DNA of 64,000 bases from Octopus sinensis (taxonomy: Eukaryota). The DNA lies in assembly GCF_006345805.1 (NCBI RefSeq), contig NC_043025.1:11160001-11224000 (forward strand), read 5' to 3'. The translations under genes were made by a program, and so were the position numbers. The notes beneath the pieces were generated by a model. It searched no databases and had not been told where the DNA came from. It saw only the letters and a program-made list of their open reading frames with translations. Of the stretch, positions 1 through 11,426 are shown in pieces (the first letter of the stretch is position 1; each line of letters begins with the position of its first letter).

Positions 1-19
1 ACATACGACAGGTTTACTC

Positions 20-242
20 TTACTCTTTTACTCTTTTAATTGTTTCAGTCATTTGACTGCGGCCATGCTGGAGCACCGCCTTTAGTCGAGCAAATCGACC
101 CCAGGACTTATTCTTTGTAAGCCCAGTACTTATTCTATCGGTCTCTTATGCCGAACCGCTAAGTGACGGGGACGTAAACACACCAGCATCGGTTGTCAAG
201 CAATGCTAGGGGGACAAACACAGACACACAAACACATACACA

Positions 243-290
<48 letters not shown>

Positions 291-631
291 TACGACGGGC
301 TTCTTTCAGTTTCCATCTACCAAATCCACTCACAAGGCATTGGTCGGCCCGGGGCTATAGCAGAAGACACTTGCCTAAGATGCCACGCAGTGGGACTGAA
401 CCCGGAACCATGTGGTTGGTAAGCAAGCTACTTACCACACAGCCACTCCTGCATATATATACATATATACGACGGGCTTCTTTCAGTTTCCGTCTACCAA
501 ATCCACTCACAAGGCATTGGTCGGCCCGGGGCTATAGCAGAAGACACTTGCCCAAGATGTCACGCAGTGGGACTGAACCCGGAACCATGTGGCTGGTTAG
601 CAAGCTACTTACCACACAACCACTCCTACGC
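20..631 (-). mobile_element. SINE family 1 (head ATAGGCGCAGGAGTGGCTGTGTGGTAAG), one full copy plus a 5' half
   Basis: tRNA-like A/B boxes, central (TA)n/(TG)n, (AAAGAGT)n tail. Confidence 0.9.
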
Positions 632-894
632 CTCTCAGGTTTCTCTCAGTTTCCACCTACCTAATCCTCCCTCAAGGCTTTGGTTGGTCTAAGAATATAG
701 TAGAACACGCACGGCCCAAGGAACCACACAGTGAGACCATGCGATTGAGAAGCAAGCTTCTTACCTCACGACTGTCTTGAAACAAAGAAAAGGAAAAAAG
801 ATACATTAAATAGATAAAAAATTCGTGTTCGTTTTCTACTGATTTTATTTCTGTATCCAACATTATGTGCAACAATCGACAGGCAAGGAATTTT

Positions 895-1599
895 GGATCT
901 TTAAGGTTTGGACGGCAGTTTTTTTTTTTCTAGCGGTGTCATATGAAATTGTCACCATAATTATGACCCTAGTATCGATCTAGTGCATTTCAATCTGTTT
1001 TAGGGTTAGGGTTAGAGTTAGGGTTAGTTAGGGTTAGGGGATCTTTTCGATTTGAACGGCAGTTTTTTCTAGCAGTGTCATATGAAATTGTCACCCATAA
1101 TTATGACCCTAGTATCGATGTATTGCATTTCAATCTGTTTTAGGGTTAGGGTTAGAGTTAGGGTTAGTTAGGGTTAGGGTTAGGGGATCTTTTCGGTTTG
1201 AACGGCAGTTTTCTTCTAGCGGTGTCATATGAAATTGTCACCCATAATTATGACCCTAGTATCGATCTAGTGCATTACAATCTGTTTTAGGGTTAGGGGT
1301 GGGGGGAAGGATATCTTTTTTTTCTTTACAAATGTAAATAAACCCAATCTGTTTCTTAAACGAGGGACATATTCATACGGCACAGAATGTTTTTTTACCT
1401 CAATGGACGTCACTGATTGGTTGAAATTGCAGAAATTGAAGAAAAAAAACCAACAAATATCTTACAAACCATAGAATTTTCTCAATAAAGCCAAGAGAAA
1501 AAAATGTTTTATAAACACATTCTACCAGTATAAGAAGTTTAAAAGTGTTTAGTTGCGTGGAAATTATTTTTAAAAACTGCCGCTCAACCGAAAAGATCT
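895..1599. mobile_element. Non-autonomous TIR DNA transposon (Merlin-like), left end triplicated
   Basis: TIR GGATCTTTT..GGTTTG.ACGGCAGTTTT / AAAAACTGCCGCTCAACCGAAAAGATCT, 8-bp TSD GGAATTTT (887-894, 1600-1607). TIR-containing units start at 895, 1039 and 1185. Confidence 0.8.
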
Positions 1600-1732
1600 G
1601 GAATTTTCATAATCAGACAATATCTGTGTAAAAGAATTTTCAGTAAATTTACCATTTTCATAATTGAAATTCTTATTGGATCCTCTAGGTGAAATAAATG
1701 GATTTTGAGCAGCAAAAATCTCGACAGATAAT

Positions 1733-2509
1733 GGTGGAAGCACTCCGTCGGTTACAACGATGAGGGTTCCGGTTGATCCGAATCAACGGAACAGCCTGCT
1801 CGTGAAATTAACGTGTAAGTGGCTTAGCACTCCACAGACACGTGCACCCTTAACGTAGTTCTCGGGGATATTCAGCGTGACACAGAGAGTGACAAGGCCG
1901 GCCCCTTGAAATACAGGTACAAAAATTGTCGAAGGGTCTTTCTTGGGCTTCAAAGTAAGGGATAAGAGAAAATATGATGTGGACGAATATAAGGTTTGGT
2001 GTCAGCAAGAGCACCCAGGTATATATGATATTAACAATATTATATACCTAGGATATCCAGGCCTATGATAAACATCACTTCTTTGAGTTTGAAGACCTTT
2101 AGGAAGAATGGCATTCCCTCAAGAGGCTATGGATGGTTACGACGATGAGAGTTCCGGTTGATCCGATCAACGGAACAGCCTGCTCGCGAAATTAACGTGT
2201 AAGTGGCTGAGCACTCCACAGACACGTGCACCCTTAACGTAGTTCTCGGGGATATTCAGCGTGACACAGAGAGTGACAAGGCCGGCCCTTTGAAATACAG
2301 GTACAACAGAAACAGGAACTAAGAGTGGAGTGAGAGAAAGTTGTGGTGAAAGAATACAGCAGGGATCACCACCATCCCCTGCCGGAGCCTCGTGGAGCTT
2401 TAGGTGTTTTCGCTCAATAAAGACTCACAACGCCCGGTCTGGGAATCGAAACCGCGATCCTATGACCGCGAGTCCGCTGCCCTAACCACTGGGCCATTGC
2501 GCCTCCACA
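1733..2509 (-). mobile_element. Composite (dimeric) tRNA-derived SINE with ~213-bp insert, copy 1
   Basis: tRNA-like head, SINE body, insert 1922-2134, second SINE 3' half. TSD ACAGATAAT. Confidence 0.88.
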
Positions 2510-2534
2510 ACAGATAATAGATTAGAGTTGAGAT

Positions 2535-3055
2535 CAGTGATACTCAACCATTTTTCTTACCTATGGACCCCTTTCATACCTATTTTATTCTATTGGACCC
2601 TCCTAGCCACTCAATGCCTAAAAAATTCTGTTATATTTTTAGAATTAAATATTATTAGGAATAGGATTTTTTTTAAGGCCACACAGACTCCAGATGAGAA
2701 CCACTGACCTAATGTGTCCTTGCTTATTGTTGTTTAGCCCCAGGTCAGTCCTGGTCCTGCAGACCAAGGATCAAAAGTTTTGCTGCTGTGACCCTCCTGT
2801 TTTCGATTCAGGCATAGTGTATCTAAGACTACATTATCTAATGCAATGGTTTTCAACCATTGTTTTACCTATTGACCCCTTGGATTCCTATCTTATTTTG
2901 GATGGACCCTTACATTTCTATAATTAGATATTGTTAGGGATTGTATTAAAAAAATTCTTTTAAATATTTTGTACATAAATTTTAACAACAAATACTTATG
3001 TGGATTATGGACCTCTAAGGGTCAAGTGTACCCCAGTTCAGGCTCGTTGCTTTAG
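2535..3055. mobile_element. Degenerate hAT-like MITE remnants
   Basis: Ends CAGTGATACTCAACC / GAGAACCACTG and CAATGGTTTTCAACC. No TSD found. Confidence 0.4.
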
Positions 3056-3317
3056 ATGGATAACATAATAAGAAAGCCCCAAAATACTGAAAAATGCAAT
3101 CAATAAATGAATAAATAAATAAAATACCAACAAAAAGTATGTCCCCTTTTGCAGTGTATATACAGTGCAACGCATGTCATAGACAAAAATATAGCTATGG
3201 TCGTAGAATAGATTAAGAAATATATTACCTTAAGGTGGTGCTTCTCCAAAAGTTTTAACTATTACCCTCCATAACCGCTTTCCCTGATTTAACTCTTTGT
3301 ATATGTACATATGTATA

Positions 3318-3348
<31 letters not shown>

Positions 3349-3390
3349 TATTATTATTATTATTATGTATATATATATATATATATATAT

Positions 3391-4039
3391 AGGTTCAGAC
3401 TTGGCAGTGTGATAAGAAGTTTTTTTTGTTTCCCAACCTCATGGCTCCGGGTTCAGTCCGACTGTGTGGCACCTTGGGCGAGAATATCTTCTATTATAGC
3501 CTTGAGCTGATCAGACATTTGTTGTCAGAGGATTTGGTTGACGGAAACTGAAAGAAGTCTATTGAATGTGTGCGTGTGTGTGTGTGTCTTTGTATCCGTG
3601 TTTGTCACCTGCATATTTATGTTTGTTTACATAAGTTTGGGCAACGATACAGCCATCAATATAACAACCGTATTGTTCGGGACTGCGACTAAAGTCATCG
3701 ATCAGCTCAGAATTTGAAGAAAACAATTGCCCAAGGTGCCACACAAGCCAAAATTGTTTGTAAAAGACGTATTCCATCGCTGCTTACTCCTGAAGTTAGA
3801 ATGTGCCACCCATCCACCCACTTTCAGAAGCACTAGGTCAAGAGTTTGGATAAAAATTTCATTTCATAGGTGCAGGTGTGGCTGTGTGGTAAGTAGCTTG
3901 CTAACCAACCACATGGTTCCAGGTTCAGTCCCACTGCGTGGCATCTTGAGCAAGTGTCTTCTGCTATAGCCCCGGGCCGACCAATGCCTTGTGAGTGGAT
4001 TTGGTAGACGGAAACTGAAAGAAGCCTGTCGTATATATG

Positions 4040-4071
<32 letters not shown>

Positions 4072-4718
4072 AGGTTCAGACTTGGCAGTGTGATAAGAAG
4101 TTTTTTTTGTTTCCCAACCTCATGGCTCCGGGTTCAGTCCGACTGTGTGGCACCTTGGGCGAGAATATCTTCTATTATAGCCTTGAGCTGATCAGACATT
4201 TGTTGTCAGAGGATTTGGTTGACGGAAACTGAAAGAAGTCTATTGAATGTGTGCGTGTGTGTGTGTCTTTGTATCCGTGTTTGTCACCTGCATATTTATG
4301 TTTGTTTACATAAGTTTGGGCAACGATACAGCCATCAATATAACAACCGTATTGTTCGGGACTGCGACTAAAGTCATCGATCAGCTCAGAATTTGAAGAA
4401 AACAATTGCCCAAGGTGCCACACAAGCCAAAATTGTTTGTAAAAGACGTATTCCATCGCTGCTTACTCCTGAAGTTAGAATGTGCCACCCATCCACCCAC
4501 TTTCAGAAGCACTAGGTCAAGAGTTTGGATAAAAATTTCATTTCATAGGTGCAGGTGTGGCTGTGTGGTAAGTAGCTTGCTAACCAACCACATGGTTCCA
4601 GGTTCAGTCCCACTGCGTGGCATCTTGAGCAAGTGTCTTCTGCTATAGCCCCGGGCCGACCAATGCCTTGTGAGTGGATTTGGTAGACGGAAACTGAAAG
4701 AAGCCTGTCGTATATATG

Positions 4719-4750
<32 letters not shown>
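3391..4750. repeat. Near-identical ~680-bp tandem duplication
   Basis: Units begin AGGTTCAGACTTGG at 3391 and 4072, with breakpoints in (TA)n. Confidence 0.92.
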
Positions 4751-4755
<5 letters not shown>

Positions 4756-4946
4756 TTGTTTGTGTGTCTGTGTTTGTCCCCCTAGCATTGCTTGACAACC
4801 GATGCTGGTGTGTTTACGTCCCCGTCACTTAGCGGTTTGGCAAAAGAGACCGATAGAATAAGTACTGGGCTTACAAAAAGAATAAGTCCCGGGGTTGAGT
4901 TGCTCGACTAAAAGGCGGTGCTCCAGCATGGCCGCAGTCAAATGAC
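4545..4946 (+). mobile_element. SINE family 1, 3'-truncated
   Basis: Family consensus. Ends 21 bp from the fucosyltransferase-like stop codon. Confidence 0.9.
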
Positions 4947-4968
4947 ATACCAATATATTTTGTTACGT

Positions 4969-5991
4969 TTATTTTATCTTGCCATTGATAAAGAAAAAAC
5001 GGTTTTTAGGTCCATGAATCATAGCAGGAATACGCGCATAAGAACTTGTGCTAATTACTATTGTATCACATTTAATAAGGACAAATTGGTCCAGAATTAA
5101 CTTCCGTACACCCTCACAAACCTCTGATTTATTGTATCTGTAAGGCTTATCCATATGTATTATAGGTCCTGCCGTATCAACAGATCTTTTGCCGTAATAA
5201 GTTTTTGCCAATCGTCGTATGTTTTCTGAATCTGCAGTCACAAAAATTCTCGCATTGTTTCCTGTTTCATTCAAAAACTTCCATATGACATCAACCAATT
5301 TTGGTGGCGTAATAACACGATTATCCCACGGTATAGTAGGATTTTTACCAATTCTTATTTGAGCACAAATTAGTTTCGTTTCTGGGTTTGGTCTGGCTTT
5401 TTTCAGGAAAGTGTCAAGTTCTACCTGAGCAATTGGACTCAATTTAAACAAAGATTGAAACACCTTTACATACATTTCACCTCTACTCCAAGGAGGGATT
5501 TTCTTCTTATATAATCCATTACGTTGGAGTAGGTGAAGATAATCTTGGTTAGCAGCAATGAAAACTACATCTTGTGGATATCTGGCATTGAAATCAATTG
5601 TAGCAAGACTGTTTGTAAATCCATTATTATTCCGAACATCAATCGATATCGAAGACATATTTCCAAACGCGGACATTGAAAAATTCCACCTGTAATCATT
5701 CGGTACCAAGGTTTCAGTTAGTGGACAAGGGTTTGTCATAATAATGCCGAATGTCCTGTCTGTTGCCATTGATAACATATACGTCGACAGAATGCCAACT
5801 AAGCGATTACCCCAACCGCTACAATGAACGGCACCGATTCCGCCAGCACATTTATAAATAAGGTATTTTGTTCTGTTTGGAGTCATCTCGGTTTTTTTTT
5901 TCACTTCAATTGCGTACTTTTGTAGTATTGATTCAAATTCTTTTTTTATTTGAAGTTCAATTATCTCCTGGTATTGCTTAATGTGGTTTTC
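4969..5991 (-). CDS. Fucosyltransferase-superfamily (GT-B; GT37/NodZ/FUT8-like) protein, terminal catalytic exon
   Basis: The open frame extends beyond the ORF-track start to acceptor tttttctttttctgacag at 5992 (phase 0, ENHIKQYQEII...). Motifs: SGWGNRLVGILSTYMLSMATDR, QIRIG, IFVTADS, DQFVLIKCDTIVISTSSYA. TAA stop at 4969. Confidence 0.88.
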   Translation of the reverse strand, partial: ENHIKQYQEIIELQIKKEFESILQKYAIEVKKKTEMTPNRTKYLIYKCAGGIGAVHCSGWGNRLVGILSTYMLSMATDRTFGIIMTNPCPLTETLVPNDYRWNFSMSAFGNMSSISIDVRNNNGFTNSLATIDFNARYPQDVVFIAANQDYLHLLQRNGLYKKKIPPWSRGEMYVKVFQSLFKLSPIAQVELDTFLKKARPNPETKLICAQIRIGKNPTIPWDNRVITPPKLVDVIWKFLNETGNNARIFVTADSENIRRLAKTYYGKRSVDTAGPIIHMDKPYRYNKSEVCEGVRKLILDQFVLIKCDTIVISTSSYARIPAMIHGPKNRFFFINGKIK

Positions 5992-6139
5992 CTGTCAGAA
6001 AAAGAAAAAGAGAATATATACTATTTTTCTTTTGGTGGGGGTGGAGTTATGATTCCTTGTTCAGAACCATAAAAAAACCCTGCCCAACTATGTTTAATTA
6101 ATGTATTGCTATAAAAAAAGGCTAATGAACAGGGTTTAA

Positions 6140-6612
6140 CCCTTTCGTTACTGTATTTATTTTGAGATGCTCTGTATTTCTTTCAATTACTTTAAATACA
6201 ACAAAGAATTTAGTAAAATAACTTAGTTATCATTCAGCTAGTGTTAGGAACATAAATTGTGACTAAGGTTTGGTGGAAGATTTTAATTCAGAACTTATGA
6301 AAACAAGACATTTGTACTCAGAGCCAGAGCCAGCTTCAGCCAGGTTGGTATCAAAAGGGTTAAGAATTGATTCTCTATTATATATTTTAACCCTTCTGTT
6401 ACCATATTTCTGTTGAGATGCTCTGTGTTTCTTTCAATTAATTTTAAATACAACAAAGAATTTAGTAAAATAACTTAGTTATCATTCAGCTAGTGTTAGG
6501 AACATAAATTGTGACTAAGGTTTGGTGGAAGATTTTAATTCAGAACTTTTGAAAACAAGACATTTGTGATGCAGAGCCAGAGGTGGTTTCAACCAGGTTG
6601 GTATCAAAAGGG
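6140..6612. mobile_element. Two tandem piggyBac-like MITEs (6140-6359, 6391-6612)
   Basis: TTAA|CCCTTT...AAAAGGG|TTAA ends. Confidence 0.82.
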
Positions 6613-6642
6613 TTAAGAATTGATTCTCTATTATATATTTAC

Positions 6643-6735
6643 AGGCTGACCAGGCCATACCCTTTCTAGTTAGAAAATCTTTTCCAGATGATGATATGTA
6701 TGACCCAAGATATTTGTAATCAGAAACCATATTTA
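6643..6735 (-). mobile_element. LINE RT fragment (RTE-like)
   Basis: VSDYKYLGSYISSSGKDFLTRKGMAWSAC (FKYLGS thumb motif). Confidence 0.75.
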
Positions 6736-7216
6736 AGGGCGCATTGTTGAGAGTATGGATGATGCAATCACTGTTGGACAGGCACTTATTTACATAGTTA
6801 AAAGGGGGAAGGGATACCTGGTGTGGAGTTGTGAGAATGTAAACAAACTAACACACACTCACCCATATATATTCCTCTTTATAGGTTATTGTACGCCATT
6901 ACACAGAAACGAATCATCATCATCATCATCATCGTTTAACGTCCATTTTCCATGCTAGCATGGGTTGGATGGTTCAACTGAGGTCTGGGAAGCCAGGATT
7001 ACTCAGGGTTACTCACTTTTGCCAGCGGAGTGCAGAGTGGTTGGAGCAACATGAAATATAGACAAGTGCAACTTGAACTCCGATGTTGATTGTTTTTGGG
7101 TAAATCTTTGGCTTTGAACCGGCCTAGGGATATCTCACTTCGTTATTTCTCAATGAGGAATTTAGCGGTTTGGCAAAAGTGACCAATAGAGTAAGTATAG
7201 ACTTAAAAAAAGGGAG

Positions 7217-7637
7217 CTCTTTCTCTTTTCTCTTTCTCTTTTACTTGTTTCAGTCATTTGACTGCGGCCATGCTGGAGCACCGCCTTTAGTCGAGCAAAT
7301 CGACCCCGGGACTTATTCTTTGTAAGCCCAGTACTTATTCTATCGGTCTCTTTTGCCGAACCGCTAAGTGACGGGGACATAAACACACCAGCATCGGTTG
7401 TCAAGCAATGCTAGGGGGACAAGCACAGACACACAAACATATACACACACACTTATATATATATATATACATATATACGACAGGCTTCTTTCAGTTTCTG
7501 TCTACCAAATCCACTCACAAGGCATTGGTCGACCCGGGGCTATAGCAGAAGACACTTGCCCAAGATGCCACTCAGTGAGACTGAACCCGGAACCATGTGG
7601 TTGGTTAGCAAGCTACTTACCACACAGCCACTCCTGC
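7217..7637 (-). mobile_element. SINE family 1
   Basis: Full-length match to other copies. Confidence 0.9.
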
Positions 7638-7746
7638 TCCTTCTAAGAATAAAACCTTTCAATTCAGTGCCCCAGCATGGCCCTGGTTTAATTACTGAAA
7701 TCAAATAAGTAAGAGATAAAAGCAAAGCTAAGACATACATACATAC

Positions 7747-7860
7747 CAATAATCGGTAGATCTGAGTGACTTCAGTCGGAGAGGATGTTGTGAAATGCAT
7801 ATGCTGTAACACAACCATACCTACTACAGTTAGCAGTAGGAAACAGAAGATAATCCATAT
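7747..7860 (-). CDS. Fucosyltransferase-like gene, transmembrane/stem exon
   Basis: Acceptor gttacag, donor |gtatgt, 114 nt, phase 0 to 0. Encodes IWIIFCFLLLTVVGMVVLQHMHFTTSSPTEVTQIYRLL (signal anchor), in frame with the catalytic exon. Confidence 0.75.
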
Positions 7861-7882
7861 CTGTAACATAATAATGATGATG

Positions 7883-7935
<53 letters not shown>

Positions 7936-7936
<1 letters not shown>

Positions 7937-8372
7937 TCTCAGCGAAAGAGTTTGACAAGCTCAGAAAATATAAAGACCTACTCATTGAAATTGATAAAAT
8001 GTGGCATCTCAAGGCGGTTACAATACCAGTGATCGTAGGAGCACTAGGAATGATCAAGAAGGGAACCGAAAATTATATGAGAATGATCCCTGGCTTACCA
8101 TCCCTGCAAGAAGTGCAAAAGATTGTCTTAACTGGTACATCACACATATTGAGAAGAGCATTGTCGATGTGAGAACTGTTGCTGCTCATGTATTTTAATT
8201 TAACTTAAAAGAAAAAAAAAAAAAAAAAAATGAACGAACTATTGAGTTTGGTTTAATGGCCTACAAGTGTATACTATGAGTTTCTTTGCCCTAGGAGTCG
8301 GGAAGACACTCGGCAAGAAATGGAAGCAAATTTGAAAGAAGAAAAAGAAAAAAAAATAATAATAATAATAAT
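7936..8372 (+). mobile_element. R4/Dong-clade LINE 3' fragment 1 (REL endonuclease C-terminus)
   Basis: ISAKEFDKLRKYKDLLIEIDKMWHLKAVTIPVIVGALG...ILRRALSM*, between (TAA)n tracts. Confidence 0.85.
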
Positions 8373-8958
8373 GCCAACATTATGGAATAACAACAGAAAA
8401 AAGATGGTATAGGCACACACCAGAAAAGGTCACAGAAAACGAGAAAGCAACCATACTCTGGGATATGCCGATACACACAGATAGAGAAATTAAGGTCAAC
8501 AGACCAGATATAGTTGTCAGAGATCATGAAGGAAAAAAATGCTTTCTAATTGATGTATCAATACCGGCAGCTGACAACGTGTCTCTAAAAGAAATGAAGA
8601 AACTTTCAAAATACAAAGACCTGGAAATAGAGGTAACTAGAATGTGGAATCTAAAAACAGAAACAATTCCTATCATAATAGGTGCATTAGGCATGATAAA
8701 AAAATATTCAGACAAATACATAACAAAAACACCAGGACTTACAAACACATATAACATACAGAAGATTGCACTACTAGGCACTACACACATCCTACGCAGA
8801 ACACTTGCCATACAATAACCATCAGAGCATCACAACAAATCACAGCACATACCCAAGGCACACAGAGCTGCGCTCGGTAGGGAAGTGAAAGCATGCTATA
8901 AAAATAAAACTACTGAATAATAATAATAATAATAATGATAATAATAATAATAATAATA
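8373..8958 (+). mobile_element. R4/Dong-clade LINE 3' fragment 2
   Basis: CQHY...ILWDMPIHTDREIKVNRPDIVV...LIDVSIP...KLSKYKDL (PD-x-D restriction-like endonuclease), with (TAA)n tail. Confidence 0.9.
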
Positions 8959-9515
8959 AATGCCCTGATGCAGTACCAGGCAGTGGCTCTCATGGCTTCT
9001 GATCTTAACTGACTGGAAGTGTTATCATGTACATTGTTTTGTCTTGGTATAAAAGATGGTCTACAGCAAATATTCTGCTCAATACCACAGATTTGCTTGT
9101 CAGTTGTTTGACCATAACCAGATGAGCATGTCCCTTAGTGGCTGACAATATGTGCATCTCTGATCACGAGCAGAAGTAGTGGGGGAGCATCATAGCCATG
9201 TGTTGAGAGGAATTCTTTGGGGTTTGAATAATTCACCTCTGGAAACATGGGTGTTTCGTTCAACATCCTTAAACAACCCTTATTCAGGGACCTTTCGAGT
9301 GGGATGGGTTACTCGACCTGAAGAAAATTCTCACTGGGCCCCACCTGCAAGGTCATGTGCTGTTTATCTTGATATGAGATCACCATGTCGCGCACATATG
9401 GTTGTGATGCATGTGCCTGGTGTACCCTTATCAGACGGGTAGTCATGATGGGTATACTGGGCTTCGTATATTTTACCCCAGTGTCACTTTGATGGCATGC
9501 TCTGCTCGCTCACTC

Positions 9516-9546
<31 letters not shown>

Positions 9547-9548
<2 letters not shown>

Positions 9549-10235
9549 GAGCTGCACAATATATTCACTGGGTAATTTGCAAAAACCTGGATTTGCCCCA
9601 TGAAAAAAACTGGTGGGAACACAATCAACCTCCTGTGCTTGAAAGTGACCACATCTCACTCCTCTGGAACTTCACCATTCAAACTGACAGGAAGATAAAT
9701 GCAAATAGGCCAGACATCATATTGAAAGACTTCAGACAAACAACATGCCTCCTCATTGATATGACTGTCCCAATCGATATAAACGTATCTGTCAAGACCT
9801 ACCAAAAACTGAGCAAATATAAAGATCTTGAAATAGAAATCAGTAAAATGTGGAAGCTGAAGACGAAAACAATACCTGTTGTCATAGGTGCCCTGGGAAT
9901 GATAGCGAAAGGGACTGATTGCTACCTAACTCAGATACCAGGAAACCCCAAAATGGCAGAAATTCAAAAGATAGTGCTCATGGGAACTGCTCATATCCTA
10001 CGCAAAATACTCTCTATGTAATCCCAAGGTTTAAAACAAACTTGTTTTTTTATTTATTTATTATTAATTTTTTTTTTTTTTATGTATTAGACATTCACTA
10101 GTACAACACAAAAAAAAAAAAAAACCCAAATATATGGCACAGAACTTCTAACCTGTTGTCTCTGGGTGAAACTTGGAGCCAACTTGTACAGACATAAAGC
10201 AAAAGTCAAACATAGAATAATAATAATAATAATAA
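9547..10235 (+). mobile_element. R4/Dong-clade LINE 3' fragment 3
   Basis: IHWVICK...LLWNFTIQTDRKINANRPDIIL...LIDMTVP...KLSKYKDL, flanked by (TAA)n. Confidence 0.9.
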
Positions 10236-10455
10236 TGCCAACATTATGGAATAACAACAGAAAAAAGATGGTATAGGCACACACCAGAAAAGGTCACAGA
10301 AAACGAGAAAGCAACCATACTCTGGGATATGCCGATACACACAGATAGAGAAATTAAGGCCAACAGACCAGATATAGTTGTCAGAGATCATGAAGAAAAA
10401 AAATGCTTTCTAATTGATGTATCAATACCGGCAGATAACAACATGTCTCTAAAAG
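10236..10455 (+). mobile_element. R4/Dong-clade LINE fragment 4 (same family as fragment 2)
   Basis: Nearly identical to 8373-8590, truncated at 3'. Confidence 0.85.
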
Positions 10456-10549
10456 AAAATTTTTTTTAATGGGTTAACATTCCTGCTTCCAAAAAGTGAA
10501 TAAACAAATGAAATAAAAAACTATAGACCCATAACCTGCTTAACAACTA

Positions 10550-10926
10550 CACTTGCGTCAGAAATTAATTAGCACTTCTCAAATTTCTACATTAAATAGG
10601 TTAAATCAATTAACCTATGAGCTGTTCAAAACGTCTTACGCGATGAGAAAACTTAGTATGGTGTGATTTCGGTCCTTGCGAGGCGCTACCTATATCTATT
10701 AAACAAAGGAAGATTTGTCTGCATCCGCACTCCAAGTTGTTGCACTGCTATGTCAACATCATAAGGCTGTAGACTCTCAAACTGCTCTGCAAACAAAGTT
10801 ACGTCATCGTTCTGCGCAACAGTGAACTCGCAACAAAGCAATAGTTCGAGATATGGCCACTAGGTGACAGCACATACCTTGAGTGAAGAGCAAATCAAGG
10901 GTGCTAATTAATTTCTGACGGTAGTG
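10550..10926. mobile_element. Tc1/mariner-type MITE
   Basis: 26-bp TIRs CACT(TG/AC)CGTCAGAAATTAATTAGCAC, TA TSD. Confidence 0.85.
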
Positions 10927-10984
10927 TATGTACAAAACGCTAACATCTGTCCTGACGGAATATACTTATAGTTTTTTAACAGAC

Positions 10985-11220
10985 AGCAGCATATTCCCTA
11001 TTGAACAGAAAGGATGTAAACGTGGATCCTATGGTTGTAAAGATCAACTACTCATCAATAAGATGATCTTAGAAGATTGTCACAAATGACACAAAAGCTT
11101 ATCAATAGCCTGGATAGACTATAAAAAGGCTTTTGATAGCCTACCACATAGCTGGATAAAGAAATGCCTGGAAATGTATAAAATAGCGCCTACTCTGCGA
11201 AACTTTTTGTCTGTAAGTAT
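10985..11220 (+). mobile_element. R4/Dong-clade reverse transcriptase fragment
   Basis: EQKGCKRGSYGCKDQLLINKMILED...AWIDYKKAFDSLPHSWI, with an internal stop. Confidence 0.85.
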
Positions 11221-11426
11221 TTATATTTTATATTTTTTTAATTTTTAATTTTTATATTTTTAATTCTTAATTTTTTTTTATAACTAACCAAATAGTATAA
11301 AAATGTTAAATATAATATAAGCATAAACACTACATACGTTTCATGGCTATAATTCAATTCAAACTACAATTAAGTTTAAATTCAATTAAAAATTCAAATT
11401 AAAATTATGGTCAATCTTCAGGTTAA

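Noticed and set aside
672-875. ORF with HEFFIYLMYLF, faintly like the ELMOD C-terminus
   Set aside because: Similarity is too weak, it lacks the FW/IMEF motifs, and the segment looks like a pyrimidine tract.
1922-2134. Protein coding within the composite-SINE cargo
   Set aside because: Only short frames (under 50 aa) with stops, and indels differ among the three copies.
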